Below, in pieces: positions 24,209-35,662 of a stretch of DNA of 50,065 nucleotides; the first letter of the stretch is position 1, and every line of letters begins with the position of its first letter. Below the pieces are notes generated by a model that worked only from the letters and a program-made list of their open reading frames with translations, did no database searches and was not told the origin of the DNA. The translations under genes and the position numbers were made by a program. The stretch is from a virus: positions 1 to 50,065 of the IMG/VR virus record IMGVR_UViG_3300045988_086121. One strand, 5' to 3'.

Positions 24209-27200
24209 TTACTTCGTCAGCACACACTGGGCAGAACCAGCAGCGTTAAAATGCGAAAGGAGCGCGGAGGCGGACGCAGCGAAATAACGCGCGGACGCAA
24301 TGGGATTGCCAACAGTACTGCGAAAACGCAAGCCGATGAGTACGCGTGAATCCTTAGTGCTCGCCCAAGATGGATAAGAATAGCTGTAAAAGCATTGTCC
24401 ACTACCGATTCCACCGCCTTGTGCAGTCTTATATGGCGTAAATCCCATTCTTGTCTTAGCATAGCCATCCGCGAGAATAGGAGCACCGAATTTGCCAAGA
24501 TAGCTATATTGGTTCTCAAGCTCCAATCTGCCTAACGCACTCTGTTGGAACTTTGTCAAATATAGCCATTTAGATTGGTTTGATTCAAGGTAGAAGTCAA
24601 TAAAGCTTCCAGTAAGTGCATTATTGTAAGTACCGACACATCCGATTCCACCGCCCCAATAAGCAAATACATCTCCGCTCACGTTCATGCCGTGAATAAG
24701 GCTCATTCTAAGACTTAACTCAATGTCGTATTCTTGCAGCGTATTAGCATCCTTATAACCCTTACAAGAGCCTACCTTGGTACGATACACTTTGCAGTTC
24801 ATCAAGCCATCAGACAACCCCTTAACGCCTACTATATTCTTGTACTTATACGTCACACCATAGGCTTCAAATTCTGTGTTCTCAGCGATACCAAACTCAG
24901 CAGCCCATGATGCAGCCATTTGGCTTTCCATACATTGCTCTTTGGGTCGGTACTCATTGATAAAGTAGCTAAGACTATCTTTATTCATTGCAGTATTACC
25001 GCCAAATGGCATAGTAGAACCGAATGTGTAATACTTCCAATCTGTAGCACCCTTTTCACGCAATCTAACACCTCCATTAGCATAGAACTGAGATTCATTA
25101 CCGCATGAATCATTACACGATATGCCCGAACCAAACAAGTTGTTATCGTGTAAGTACTTAGTTCCGTAGAACAATTCCATACATAGGATAAACGTATTGT
25201 AAGCATGATAGCCACCCTCAGCAAATGGTACTGCCGATTGTTGGTCTGAATTGTTCTTACGCGCCATCTGCATATTCGTTTGCTGATTTACATCGGCAGT
25301 ACGTGGGTAAGTACGACCATCATTGTAAAACAAACTACACATGTTGCTTCCAAAGTGACTTGCACCGCTATTTGTGTTGCGATCACCAACTGCGTAAGCG
25401 TAGAAGAAATTACGTGTCTTATCTCCTACTGTGGTAACTGGACACGGAGCAATAGCCGTTCCGATTAGAGGGAATCTGCCCGTATCAATGCCATCGTAGC
25501 GTGTTTGTTTGAGGAATACACCCGATAGCATTGCGCCACTCTTACCCACTTGTCGGTCTACTGGATAGAGCGTATCATAGCGACCAATCATGATTGAGTA
25601 CTTTGTTTCAGTAGTTTCCCAAGGAAGTAGTTGACGCACCTTGTTTCCGTTTGCATCGTAGAGGTCAACCAAACCTAACGAGTTGTAAACCTCCACCGCG
25701 TTATAGGGGTGCGCTCCATCCTTATCAGTTACCACAACACCATTCTTCAATGTGAGCTTTGTCGTGTGTGCTTTGTCGGTGTAGAGCTGCACATCACACG
25801 CTGCTCTCATCTCCTCTGTAATGCCTACAGACGGAGCGAACGCGCCCGAAGTAAAGCGGAAAAAGTTGTTATTCATCAACTGCCCTACTGGTTTCGTTCC
25901 CTCTCCATCATTGCGAGTGTGGTCTATCAAGAACGGATGCCATTCTGCGAGGAATTCTTTATTTCCCTTGCCGTTCATAAATTTAGGAGAACCAGTCTTT
26001 TCGTCATTCTCGGCAATGTAGTAATCCTCCTTGCCCTCTAAAGCTACATTCAGACTTTCGATAGCTGCTTTTGTTTCGTCTACTTTCTGATTTACCTTAG
26101 ATAGCTGAGTACACATGCTTGCCGTCATACCATCACGCACTACTTTCATAGTGAGGTCTGCACTACCTACCTTGTAACTGACAACAACCTTGATACTTCC
26201 TCTTGCTTGAAAGTTACTTACGAAGCGACAATAGCCATCGGTGGGGAGTTCTGCATTCGCATTGAGTAGGGTCAAAGGCTGATATGTGCCTACCTTGGTT
26301 TGATATGTCGGTGGCAAATAGTCTACCACATTACCATTCTCGTCTGTGATTGTACAAATCTCGCCCACTCCTTCAGATGCGTTTGTCTGCTCCTGCTTGG
26401 TGTAGGTGTAGGTATATGTGTGTGTCTTGCCTAAATAGGTGGCTTTTGCAGTTGCTATACGTCCTTCAGAATCGTATGTGTAGGTATAATCCACACCGCG
26501 AGTTTCTTGTTTGTCAATATACTCGGAAAATACGCACACGCTACCATCTGTCGTGCCTACCTTGAACAGATATTCATTACCGAGTGCAGCATCGAACATT
26601 GCGATTGCCCAACCGCTCTTGCTGACCTTGACACCATCTGCGCTGATTGCTACATTGCTCTCCTTTGGGGTAAGCTTAATGCTAGGTCGGTCTGAGTATG
26701 CACCTAATGAGAGGTTTATGCGGTTTATCTTGCTGAGTGCAGTTGTGGTATCACTCTTTACATCGTCATAGATAGTTTTCCAAGATTCCCAAGCACCATT
26801 CTTGTAATAGCGATAAGCAATGGTCACACCCTTACTTGTGTTCGATGAAATTACGTTATCCGTCACCATCAAACTACCCTCAACCCATATTGCCGAAATC
26901 TGCTCTTTGGCATAGAGCACAGAGAAGGTTACAAAGAAAGGTACACCACCCAAATAGACTACATACCGCCCGCTCTTCAAGCTGTTATAAGTAAGCCCGT
27001 CCAAGTAGTTGTTGAATGCTTCACTTGAATCAAAACTACCCAACGAACCCCTTAACCAAGGTTTAAGCGTCTCGAGATAGATTTTATCTACAACCCCCAT
27101 TATACCTGCTTGCGAGGTGGTTGCTTGAGATAAATCCATTGCCTGCGTTCTGAATGTTTCGCCATTTCGCGAGACTATAATACCATCAGTAGCAAGACCT

Positions 27201-27250
27201 TCTGTTTTGTTTAATCGTGAGAGAACCTCACTTAATTTGATTGTTTCCAT
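24209..27250 (-). CDS. Tail fiber / receptor-binding protein
   Basis: 1013 aa, the last large gene of the tail module. Call based on position and size only. Confidence 0.55.
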   Translation of the reverse strand: METIKLSEVLSRLNKTEGLATDGIIVSRNGETFRTQAMDLSQATTSQAGIMGVVDKIYLETLKPWLRGSLGSFDSSEAFNNYLDGLTYNSLKSGRYVVYLGGVPFFVTFSVLYAKEQISAIWVEGSLMVTDNVISSNTSKGVTIAYRYYKNGAWESWKTIYDDVKSDTTTALSKINRINLSLGAYSDRPSIKLTPKESNVAISADGVKVSKSGWAIAMFDAALGNEYLFKVGTTDGSVCVFSEYIDKQETRGVDYTYTYDSEGRIATAKATYLGKTHTYTYTYTKQEQTNASEGVGEICTITDENGNVVDYLPPTYQTKVGTYQPLTLLNANAELPTDGYCRFVSNFQARGSIKVVVSYKVGSADLTMKVVRDGMTASMCTQLSKVNQKVDETKAAIESLNVALEGKEDYYIAENDEKTGSPKFMNGKGNKEFLAEWHPFLIDHTRNDGEGTKPVGQLMNNNFFRFTSGAFAPSVGITEEMRAACDVQLYTDKAHTTKLTLKNGVVVTDKDGAHPYNAVEVYNSLGLVDLYDANGNKVRQLLPWETTETKYSIMIGRYDTLYPVDRQVGKSGAMLSGVFLKQTRYDGIDTGRFPLIGTAIAPCPVTTVGDKTRNFFYAYAVGDRNTNSGASHFGSNMCSLFYNDGRTYPRTADVNQQTNMQMARKNNSDQQSAVPFAEGGYHAYNTFILCMELFYGTKYLHDNNLFGSGISCNDSCGNESQFYANGGVRLREKGATDWKYYTFGSTMPFGGNTAMNKDSLSYFINEYRPKEQCMESQMAASWAAEFGIAENTEFEAYGVTYKYKNIVGVKGLSDGLMNCKVYRTKVGSCKGYKDANTLQEYDIELSLRMSLIHGMNVSGDVFAYWGGGIGCVGTYNNALTGSFIDFYLESNQSKWLYLTKFQQSALGRLELENQYSYLGKFGAPILADGYAKTRMGFTPYKTAQGGGIGSGQCFYSYSYPSWASTKDSRVLIGLRFRSTVGNPIASARYFAASASALLSHFNAAGSAQCVLTK

Positions 27251-27252
27251 CG

Positions 27253-29844
27253 TTACTTGTTTTTAATTTGTTTGATAGATTTTTCCAAGCTTGAAAACTT
27301 AGAATATATTGCTTTTTCGCCCACCATGTAAACTGGGCTATCATAAGGTATATCCATCTTTCGCTCGTAGCCTATAATTCGGCTGTCACGATAGCCATTC
27401 TCGAAGAATGCAGCATTCCATAGCTTTACGCGCTGTCCGATTTTAAAGATATTCTTGTTGCTTTCGTCAAGACCTGAAGCACTATCGTCTGTTCGTATCG
27501 CAATCCCTCTTTCATCAGTCAGCACAACACCATTATCATCAGTCACAAGCGTTTCTTTAGCAAGTCCGTATGTGTAATCTGAGAACATTGTGCATTCGTA
27601 TGTAGTAGGGTCAATATTCATCTTGTCAATCTCGAATCTTGTCCTTTCTGCCAATTTTCCTTCCGCTTTTTCTATGAGCTTAAGGTCTTCTATTCTTGAA
27701 GCATCCCACCCAATCAAGATAAAATTATCGCCTAATTTTGGGTGCATCGCGTCACTTGGCAAGTAGATACCACCATCGAATTGTTGACGCACAATCTGGA
27801 AGTATTGTTGTGGTGGTTCTTCTTGGTTGAATATTGCTTTTGGATGGAATATTGCTTCAAAGGTCAGCCCTGATAAAGCACCCGTTTGGAATTTGATTTC
27901 CAACTTATCTGCTGTATCGAGCTTGTAATCCTCATCAAACGTAAAGTCGTCAGTATGTATGTAGTATTCAGTATACTTAATATCGGTCTTTTCGTCACCT
28001 TCGTAGACATACTGCGGCTTTGGTTCTATCTTCGTGATAAGGCTTTCTATACGAGGATATATATCGTCAAAGACCAAGACTTTCTCGACAAGGCTGTTGA
28101 AAGGAACACTGCTCGCTTCGACATAATAGGGTGCTGGAAGAGATAAACGTCTTTCCGCTATTGCTTTAATGCTTTTGGAGTTCTGAATATCCTTTTCGCT
28201 GTCGAAGTACCACGATGGCAACTTGCTTTCTATTATATTATCAATCGTGACCTTTCTACCCTCATATTTACGTATTCCCTTAAATCTGATATAGTTCGTG
28301 CCGTAATTAGGAAATAGTTCTGCGGATGTTATTAAGACCGCTTCCACTGTGTCTGTTGGGTTTCCTTCTTCTTGTGTTTGGTATCGAACGACAACTCTTG
28401 TAAGAACCTCTTTTGAATTTCTGAAATAAGACAAGGTATTAGCAAATAGACACGAAGGATAACCAATGCCAACTTTTATATAACCCTTAGAAATAGTCGA
28501 GTTTTGATATTCGACCCCAACTAATATCTTAATGCTAATATTTTGTTCTTTGGATAAAGTGAATGCTGGAAACGTAATACCATCATCATCATCAAGATAT
28601 AGAGAACCTTTATTATCATTATTATTAACAGATATTCTTTTTGTAGGATAACTAATAGAGGTAATTGCATTTTCAACTTGTACTTCTCTTCCGACATTAA
28701 AAGTCTGCGTAGAACCATCCTTATCACCACAAAGAATCACGAACACAGTTACCTCATACGACTTATATACAACACCTATCAATCCAGTAATTGAATAATC
28801 TAAACAGATACCAAATTTTGTTGATTCAACATTTTTGTCTAAGTAGAATTTCAGGTCTTTATATTCACCTGAACCTAACATGATTGAAGATGATTCAGCA
28901 ATATCTGTGCTAAGATATATACCACTTGTTTCTGAAGGACTTATTGTGATATTGCATTTATTCAGATTGAATGTTGGGTCTGAGTTATCAAGTCTATCGC
29001 TTTTATTGAAAAAGTCCGAATACAGAGGTTTGTCAGTTTTAAAATAGCTATAATTATCCTTGAATTGCGGATTACTATCCATAGTAAACACTGCGTCCCC
29101 CTTGCCGTAGTTCTTGGGCAAGTTCTTGTCTGAACCGAATGCGTAAACTCGTGTAGCATAATCTGTTTCAGACCTTGAACCGCTCATTGAAACAACATTT
29201 TCGCCTAACTTAAATTCAATCGCTTCACCTGCATCTTGGCACTTACCGAATTTGATAACATTACCTTCAACCCACCATTCTGCATCCCATTCGTCTGCAA
29301 TTTGGTTTAATGCTTCAATGAAGTTTACCGATGAATAGGTCATGGTCTTAACTTCTTTGTAATAATTTTCATCAGGCACATCTTTTTTGAATTCCTTCTT
29401 ATTATAACGGAAGCCCTCCTTATTAAGGCATCTAACGAAGGTGTTGACTTGGTTTTCAAGATTTGCAGTTAGGCTAAATTCCGCTTCTCTTGTACCATTC
29501 TCTTTATCAACCTCTTTACCATTCTCTTTATTAACATCTGGCGAGTATTTGTAGATTTTCATCTGCCATGCTCGGTAGTATGCTTCAAATTTAAGCTCAT
29601 AGTTATAGCCACCCGTACTTTCATCGTATGAGGGCTGCTGTGCTTCGATTATATAGTACTCCTTATCATTCCACGTAGTGTGTGACCCAATGGGAAAATA
29701 GATTGGGTCTACACTTTTGAAATGCAGTTCTATGTAATCTTCTTGCATAAGAGTAAACTTCTCGATACACCCTTCATAAATGTTGAGCATTTCGTAAAGC
29801 ACATTTTCGTCTGATGTGTCTCCTGATGGGTCATATATTTTCAT
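27253..29844 (-). CDS. Tail tip / Tal-like baseplate hub protein
   Basis: 863 aa, directly after the Dit-like gene and the tape measure gene. Confidence 0.55.
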   Translation of the reverse strand: MKIYDPSGDTSDENVLYEMLNIYEGCIEKFTLMQEDYIELHFKSVDPIYFPIGSHTTWNDKEYYIIEAQQPSYDESTGGYNYELKFEAYYRAWQMKIYKYSPDVNKENGKEVDKENGTREAEFSLTANLENQVNTFVRCLNKEGFRYNKKEFKKDVPDENYYKEVKTMTYSSVNFIEALNQIADEWDAEWWVEGNVIKFGKCQDAGEAIEFKLGENVVSMSGSRSETDYATRVYAFGSDKNLPKNYGKGDAVFTMDSNPQFKDNYSYFKTDKPLYSDFFNKSDRLDNSDPTFNLNKCNITISPSETSGIYLSTDIAESSSIMLGSGEYKDLKFYLDKNVESTKFGICLDYSITGLIGVVYKSYEVTVFVILCGDKDGSTQTFNVGREVQVENAITSISYPTKRISVNNNDNKGSLYLDDDDGITFPAFTLSKEQNISIKILVGVEYQNSTISKGYIKVGIGYPSCLFANTLSYFRNSKEVLTRVVVRYQTQEEGNPTDTVEAVLITSAELFPNYGTNYIRFKGIRKYEGRKVTIDNIIESKLPSWYFDSEKDIQNSKSIKAIAERRLSLPAPYYVEASSVPFNSLVEKVLVFDDIYPRIESLITKIEPKPQYVYEGDEKTDIKYTEYYIHTDDFTFDEDYKLDTADKLEIKFQTGALSGLTFEAIFHPKAIFNQEEPPQQYFQIVRQQFDGGIYLPSDAMHPKLGDNFILIGWDASRIEDLKLIEKAEGKLAERTRFEIDKMNIDPTTYECTMFSDYTYGLAKETLVTDDNGVVLTDERGIAIRTDDSASGLDESNKNIFKIGQRVKLWNAAFFENGYRDSRIIGYERKMDIPYDSPVYMVGEKAIYSKFSSLEKSIKQIKNK

Positions 29845-30269
29845 ACTGTAAATCTGTTTATCGGATTTGGCTCATAGAACTTAAACTTGGCGATTCTTAA
29901 AAGTCTACCATCGTGCAGTTTATAATCTGTCGCATCAGTCACTTCGCGCAATATAAGTTTGAAGCCATATTTTAATTTCGGCACACTGAAATCAATATAT
30001 CCAGCAGCATCCTCAGATAACGCGTTAAAATTGTATATCAGACTTTCGTAGTCACTTCCTTCTACGGCAATCTGAATTGTGAACTCGCGAGATTTTACAT
30101 TTGGATATTTGCTCGGAACAACTCTATCGCCATCCTCTAAGCGACTTGTGTTAGAAACATAGTCCTTAAAGGCGAGCGTTCCCGTGAGTGCCTGATATGC
30201 ACCTTTAACGAGGTTAGCCCTATACTCGCTCCAAATATCCTTGCCATTGATTTTTGCTTGCCCTATCAT
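29841..30269 (-). CDS. Distal tail protein (Dit)-like
   Basis: 142 aa immediately downstream of the tape measure gene. Confidence 0.45.
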   Translation of the reverse strand: MIGQAKINGKDIWSEYRANLVKGAYQALTGTLAFKDYVSNTSRLEDGDRVVPSKYPNVKSREFTIQIAVEGSDYESLIYNFNALSEDAAGYIDFSVPKLKYGFKLILREVTDATDYKLHDGRLLRIAKFKFYEPNPINRFTV

Positions 30270-30274
30270 ATCGC

Positions 30275-33200
30275 TTACATGTTTCTTGTGTTCTTTTCGA
30301 TTTTAGTCAATTTTGCATTCATTGTATACAGCTCATTTGTGTTCTTTTCGATTGCTGCTAAATGGCTAACCGATGTGCGCTGAATCTCAATACTTTCATC
30401 GTAGTACGCATTACGCTTATTCTCGATTGTTACAATTACTTGCAAGCCATCGTTAATGCTTACCAATGTAGCAGCGTCAATGAGTTGTTGGTTGCGTATT
30501 GAATACAGAGCTTCGTTGGTAGCAAGCGCACGACCGCTAAGTTCTTCGATACTCTCTTCTGACGCAGTAGCGTAGCCACCTGACTTACTACTTTCTGTCG
30601 ATGATTTACCAAGCCCTACATTTTCGGTAATTTGTTTCCGTTCTTCGTAGAACGCATTGCTCATTTCTTTCGCTTCATCAATGAACTGCTGTTTCTGCGC
30701 TTCGGAAATTGTGCCGTTACCTGCCTTCATTGCTGCTTGATACCTTTCGGTGTAATCCTTCATCCATGACTTAACCTTTTTGCCCATCATGTTCTCAATA
30801 ATTGCGCTTCGGATTTTGTCCTTAAAATCAGAGACCCAATCGTCTGCACTCTTACTCATGTCTGTTAGTGCGCTCATAAAGTTTGAGTACATGTCATCGA
30901 ACTTCACACCAGTAAGTTTTTCAAGAACGTCTTGTGTTGCATCATCCAAAGTGTCTTGTTTATCTATAATGCTATCAAGATATTCTTGATACTTTTCAGG
31001 AAGTTTGACCCACCATTCAGTATAGTTTTCCTTTAAACTTTCAAGTTGCTGTTTGGAAAGGTCTGCCAACTGAGAAACATCAGTAATTGAAGTGCCAACT
31101 GTTCTTGATACATCAGACCAAGTAACACCTTCAACACTTCCTTTCATTTTTTCGTTAAACTTATACCCTGCTGAGTGCGAACCTTTCTTCCAAGCACCAA
31201 GAAATTGTTTTGCAATCAATTTCGTTGCTTTTAAATCGGTTTTTGCGAGTTCAATGTATTCTTCTCCGACTTTTTTCGCTTCATCGCCATACGATAAGGA
31301 AAGGTACTCTTTCTTCTTTGAAATTAGAGAAGTCCAAACCTTATCAAGCTTTTCGTACTGTTCAGAAGCCTTTCTGTAAGAGTTCCAATTATCACGCATA
31401 CCGAATGCATCTCCAAAACCTCTACCAATACCACCAACAAGATTCCATATACCTTTTCCAATGTCAGCGAAGAACTTACCGCTTCCTATTTGACTAAGCA
31501 ATGTTTCTATAATATTGCCAACCTTTTCAAGCAATGTTCCTGCTAAATTACCAATACCGCCTTCAAGGTCATCGCCCAAAATATCTAACACAGAAAGAAC
31601 AGCACCAATAGCTTGTGTCCATGCATTCGGAATTACTTGCAAAGCTTGACCAGTAGCTGCGATAGCCTTGCTTGTTTCTTTTTGAGCTTGCTCTGTTTGT
31701 CCTGCGGATACTGAATTAGATTGAGCATCCTTTTCTTGTTGTTTTGCAGTTTTATTTGAAGCTTCCTTAACATGTTTAAAAGCATCAACAAGAGATACGA
31801 TACTATTGAACGTACCGCTAAGAGAACCTGATTTCAGATTTTGAAATACACTTGTTATTGTATCGAATGAAGAAGTCAGATTCTTACCATGTTTCTTTAC
31901 ATCATCCCTCGACTGCTTGGTTATATCTGTTTGAGTTCTAACAGCATTACTTGAATCGTCTGCGTTTTTCTTTGCTGTTACATAGTTTTCTTGTGCGCTT
32001 TTTAGATTCTTTTGTGCTGCTTCAAGATTTTTCTGCGCTGCTTGTATATCTGCATCTTTTCCAGATTCCGTTGCTTGTTTTAGTCTTTCTTGTGCATCAG
32101 CAAGTTCTTGAGTTTTTTGCGCTTCAACTTCCTTAGCTTCGGTAAGAGCGTTTTGCGCCTTAATCTCGTTGTCTTGTAATACTGAAAGCGTTACTAATTG
32201 TTTTCTATAGGCATCTACAGCTTTACCGAAATTCTTGAATGAACCAATGATTTGTGGACCTGCTTCTTTCTCGAGCTTATCGATTGCTTCCGATATAGCT
32301 TGTTTATCTTTAGCTTCTAACCCTTTGTATTCGTCTGTCTGAGTATAGGCTTGAAGATTAGCAAGTTGTATTTTTGCCATCTTGCTACTCATCATTCCAA
32401 TATCAGAAAAAACGCTACTCCAATCAATATTTGACTTTAGCTCACTTGTGCTAAGTGATGATTTGTTTTGTTTATATTCTTCATACTTAGCTTTGTATTC
32501 TGGAGAGTTTTTATCAAGCCCTTGCGTATCATGCAAGAACTTTTCTTCAAGTGCAGCACGCTTTTCAAGGAATGTTCCGTACTTCTGATAGTAATCGTTC
32601 CATGCGTCTTTGGACTGAGATACCCAATCTAATTGCGCTTGCGCATTTTGGCGTAACTTGTTTAGCTCGTTCTTTTCGGCTTCCGAAGTTGCCTTTGCTA
32701 ACTGCTCTTCAAGTTCGGCTATATCTGCTCTTAGCTTGTTTAGTTTATTTATTTTTTCGACTTCTTGCTTGTCATATTCTTTAGCAAGTTCATCGATAGT
32801 ACTTCTATTTTGAGATTCTTGCTTAAAGTCTTTTAATTGATTAAATTGTTCATTTATTTTATCAATCTTACCTTTGTCTAAATCTTTATCTTCATTCCAC
32901 TTAGACACTCTACCACCACGTGCTTTAATCAATGCTTGCGTAGCATCAAATTCGGCTTTTTGCCTTTTTTTCTCTGCTTCAACTGCTTTAATACGTTGCT
33001 GTTCGATTGCAAGCAATTCTTCTTTATTTTGCTGTGCTTTTTCTGCCCTTGTACGTGCGTATCCATCTTTCATCGCTTTAATACGAGCATTTGCCAAACT
33101 TTCTTCAAGTGACACATTAGCAGCAGCTTCTTCAATAGCATTTTGATTAACGACTTCCGCTAATTTACCTGACGCTGACGTTATCGCATTATGCTGATTT

Positions 33201-35437
33201 AATTCTCGTTTTGAAGCACTATTTGCTTTAGAGTTCATACTTCGTATATTAGCTGCTTGCATACGGTTTAGCATTCGTACAGAAGCATGTGCTTTAGATT
33301 CTGTAAGATATATTTCCGTTTGAAGATTTCTTTCTTCGGATAATTGGCTAAGATTCTTGACGTGCATGTCATTTTGTGCTTTAGTAATAGCCAATCTCTT
33401 ATTCGCGATATCCAACAAACCACTTTCATGCGTACCATCAGCTAATTGTCTACCATAATATAGCTGCAATTTCATTGCTTTAAGCTTTTCTATCGCTGCG
33501 TCTTTTTCTTTGCCTTGTAGCGAATAAATCTTGTTTTGCTGCTCATCAATTCTATCTTGCAGTTTTGCATTACGTAGTTTCGTTTCACCTTCTTCTTTTG
33601 CTAAGTTTAGATTTTCAAGAGCTAATCGTGCTGATTTCTTTGCATTTGGAATAAGATTAGTGAATGCTTTTGTCAAAGAATTACTCAATTCCTTATCCGT
33701 AAACAAACCTTTAACAGTTGAATAGGCTGCACCAATAGCTGAAACCCATGTTTTGTTATGACTTATAACAGCTTGCAATGCTTCTTTAAAACCCGTGCCC
33801 ATTTGGGATGCACCTTGCTTAATAGCTTCCCAACCTTTTTCTATATCACCATTTATAACACCCCAAACACCTTTAAAGATAGCACCAAAACCAACAACTA
33901 AATCTTTAACCGCATAGAAGCCATTCTTAAAGGTTGTAACAAAGTTGTTTATAAATACACTCACAGCTTTATTAGAACCAGTGAGAGTTTTAAACAAATA
34001 ACCACCGAATGCGACTACAATATCAGTAACAGATGCCATAATACTGCCAAAGAAAGCAGATATTTGAGCCATTTTCTTTTGACCTTCAGCACTCTTGTTT
34101 AACCACGTATGAACTGCTTTTAGGTATAAGACAATAGCTCCTAAAACAGCACCAACTGGAGTTGCAATAAAACGCAATGAAGCAAGCGTTAATTGCTTCA
34201 TTCCTGCAATGCTATTACTAAGTGGAATCCCCATTCCGTCAATCTGAGAAGTAAAAGACGAAATTACACCCTTAGCACTCTGGAGTTGGTTGTTTGCAAA
34301 ATTAGAAACACCATCACCAAGTTGTGAGATTCTTTCCTTTAGCCTACCCCATGCAGAAGTTTGTTGCTCAGCCCTTTGTGACACATCAGCACTAACTCGC
34401 CCAAAGTCAAGTAAGTTTTGATTTGCCTGCTTAGATTGATTTTGAAGTTCTACAAGTCGGTTCTTTGCATTGATTAAACTCGTTTCAAGTTGTTGTATTT
34501 GCGATGCAATCTCGGTTGCAGAAGACATATCTCCTGCCTTTACCGCTTCTTGCATTATTGTTTGAAGGTTTTTTATTTGACCTTCAAGTGCTTGTACGAC
34601 ATTCTTCTGTTCATTATATGCAGTTTGTGCCGTTGCAGCAGCAGCAGCGTATGATGCTTGTACGTTCTTAATAGTAGAAGATACAGCTTCATTCTTAGCT
34701 TGCACCTCATCTGCTCCTTCAACAATATACCTCGTTTCTACTGTTTGTACAAGATTCCTTACACCATTTTCACCAACAGACGATGCGTTTGCACTATCAG
34801 CAGATAATGAATCGATAGCACTTTGTTGTGACTGTAAGTTTTGTTGAAAGGTATTAAAGGATTGGCGCAATGCTTCTATTTTTTCCGTTGCAGTTGTAGC
34901 ACCGCTTACAACATTGTCAAATGTAGGTTGTGAAGATTGAATTTCTTTGTACGCTTGTGTTAATTCTGTAATTTGAGCCTTTGCTTTCTTTTGCTCTTCC
35001 GTGAAACCATGCTGTTCATTCTTTGCGAGTGTAAGGCTATCTTTTGCTTCGTCAAGGGCTTCTTTTGCAGCCTTTATTTCGTTCGTATTACCGCTTTCTT
35101 TAGCTTCTTTGTAAGCACGAGCATAATCTTGTACTGCAGACGTTATATCTGCTATAACGACCTTTTGTTGCTCTATGGTCTGCCCAAGTTCAACGAAATT
35201 TGCCTTTGCTTCATTGAGTTTGTTGCCTATTTCCGAAACGGACATACCATTCACAGCCCTACCGAACTCGTCAACTTGCTTTTGCATTGAAGATAAACTT
35301 TCATTCATCCCTTGCACAACTTCGTTCGTTTTAGACTGCATATTCATTATGGTGTCAACCCATTCTTGCGCACTTTTCTGAATATCACTTGCATCAATCG
35401 TGGCTCTGATGCCTATTGCGCCATCAATATCTTCCAT
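30275..35437 (-). CDS. Tape measure protein
   Basis: 1720 aa. Long coiled-coil regions plus a central hydrophobic/Gly-rich block. Canonical position after the chaperone pair. Confidence 0.85.
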   Translation of the reverse strand: MEDIDGAIGIRATIDASDIQKSAQEWVDTIMNMQSKTNEVVQGMNESLSSMQKQVDEFGRAVNGMSVSEIGNKLNEAKANFVELGQTIEQQKVVIADITSAVQDYARAYKEAKESGNTNEIKAAKEALDEAKDSLTLAKNEQHGFTEEQKKAKAQITELTQAYKEIQSSQPTFDNVVSGATTATEKIEALRQSFNTFQQNLQSQQSAIDSLSADSANASSVGENGVRNLVQTVETRYIVEGADEVQAKNEAVSSTIKNVQASYAAAAATAQTAYNEQKNVVQALEGQIKNLQTIMQEAVKAGDMSSATEIASQIQQLETSLINAKNRLVELQNQSKQANQNLLDFGRVSADVSQRAEQQTSAWGRLKERISQLGDGVSNFANNQLQSAKGVISSFTSQIDGMGIPLSNSIAGMKQLTLASLRFIATPVGAVLGAIVLYLKAVHTWLNKSAEGQKKMAQISAFFGSIMASVTDIVVAFGGYLFKTLTGSNKAVSVFINNFVTTFKNGFYAVKDLVVGFGAIFKGVWGVINGDIEKGWEAIKQGASQMGTGFKEALQAVISHNKTWVSAIGAAYSTVKGLFTDKELSNSLTKAFTNLIPNAKKSARLALENLNLAKEEGETKLRNAKLQDRIDEQQNKIYSLQGKEKDAAIEKLKAMKLQLYYGRQLADGTHESGLLDIANKRLAITKAQNDMHVKNLSQLSEERNLQTEIYLTESKAHASVRMLNRMQAANIRSMNSKANSASKRELNQHNAITSASGKLAEVVNQNAIEEAAANVSLEESLANARIKAMKDGYARTRAEKAQQNKEELLAIEQQRIKAVEAEKKRQKAEFDATQALIKARGGRVSKWNEDKDLDKGKIDKINEQFNQLKDFKQESQNRSTIDELAKEYDKQEVEKINKLNKLRADIAELEEQLAKATSEAEKNELNKLRQNAQAQLDWVSQSKDAWNDYYQKYGTFLEKRAALEEKFLHDTQGLDKNSPEYKAKYEEYKQNKSSLSTSELKSNIDWSSVFSDIGMMSSKMAKIQLANLQAYTQTDEYKGLEAKDKQAISEAIDKLEKEAGPQIIGSFKNFGKAVDAYRKQLVTLSVLQDNEIKAQNALTEAKEVEAQKTQELADAQERLKQATESGKDADIQAAQKNLEAAQKNLKSAQENYVTAKKNADDSSNAVRTQTDITKQSRDDVKKHGKNLTSSFDTITSVFQNLKSGSLSGTFNSIVSLVDAFKHVKEASNKTAKQQEKDAQSNSVSAGQTEQAQKETSKAIAATGQALQVIPNAWTQAIGAVLSVLDILGDDLEGGIGNLAGTLLEKVGNIIETLLSQIGSGKFFADIGKGIWNLVGGIGRGFGDAFGMRDNWNSYRKASEQYEKLDKVWTSLISKKKEYLSLSYGDEAKKVGEEYIELAKTDLKATKLIAKQFLGAWKKGSHSAGYKFNEKMKGSVEGVTWSDVSRTVGTSITDVSQLADLSKQQLESLKENYTEWWVKLPEKYQEYLDSIIDKQDTLDDATQDVLEKLTGVKFDDMYSNFMSALTDMSKSADDWVSDFKDKIRSAIIENMMGKKVKSWMKDYTERYQAAMKAGNGTISEAQKQQFIDEAKEMSNAFYEERKQITENVGLGKSSTESSKSGGYATASEESIEELSGRALATNEALYSIRNQQLIDAATLVSINDGLQVIVTIENKRNAYYDESIEIQRTSVSHLAAIEKNTNELYTMNAKLTKIEKNTRNM

Positions 35438-35446
35438 ATCGTTTAT

Positions 35447-35662
35447 TTACATTAGAGAAGCAAAAAAGCTATTACCATTGTCATTCTTAGCGTAGCTCTT
35501 GCGCTTTGGTTTTACTTGATTTGTGTTATTATTGCTTTGTGGTTCATCTTCATTATCTTCATCTAAAGGCTTGATTGAAGGGATTGCTGCATTCAGCAAG
35601 AGCAAATTGAGATAGCTGCGTTTAAAGACCACCTCATCGTAGCTCATGCGGAAATACTTCAT
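35447..35662 (-). CDS. Tail assembly chaperone, T-part (expressed as a -1 frameshift extension of 35659..36090)
   Basis: Lies in the -1 frame of the upstream ORF. That frame is stop-free from the T9 run to this ORF. Confidence 0.6.
   Translation of the reverse strand: MKYFRMSYDEVVFKRSYLNLLLLNAAIPSIKPLDEDNEDEPQSNNNTNQVKPKRKSYAKNDNGNSFFASLM

Noticed and set aside
24217-25224. Same-strand nested ORFs inside the tail fiber gene as further overprinted genes
   Set aside because: Unlike the HNH case they carry no recognisable motifs, are short (79-100 aa) and have skewed composition.
30780-35381. Plus-strand ORFs (61-105 aa) antisense to the tape measure gene
   Set aside because: They are low-complexity, Leu/Ser/Phe-rich shadow ORFs of a long coiled-coil gene, with no promoter or coupling context.
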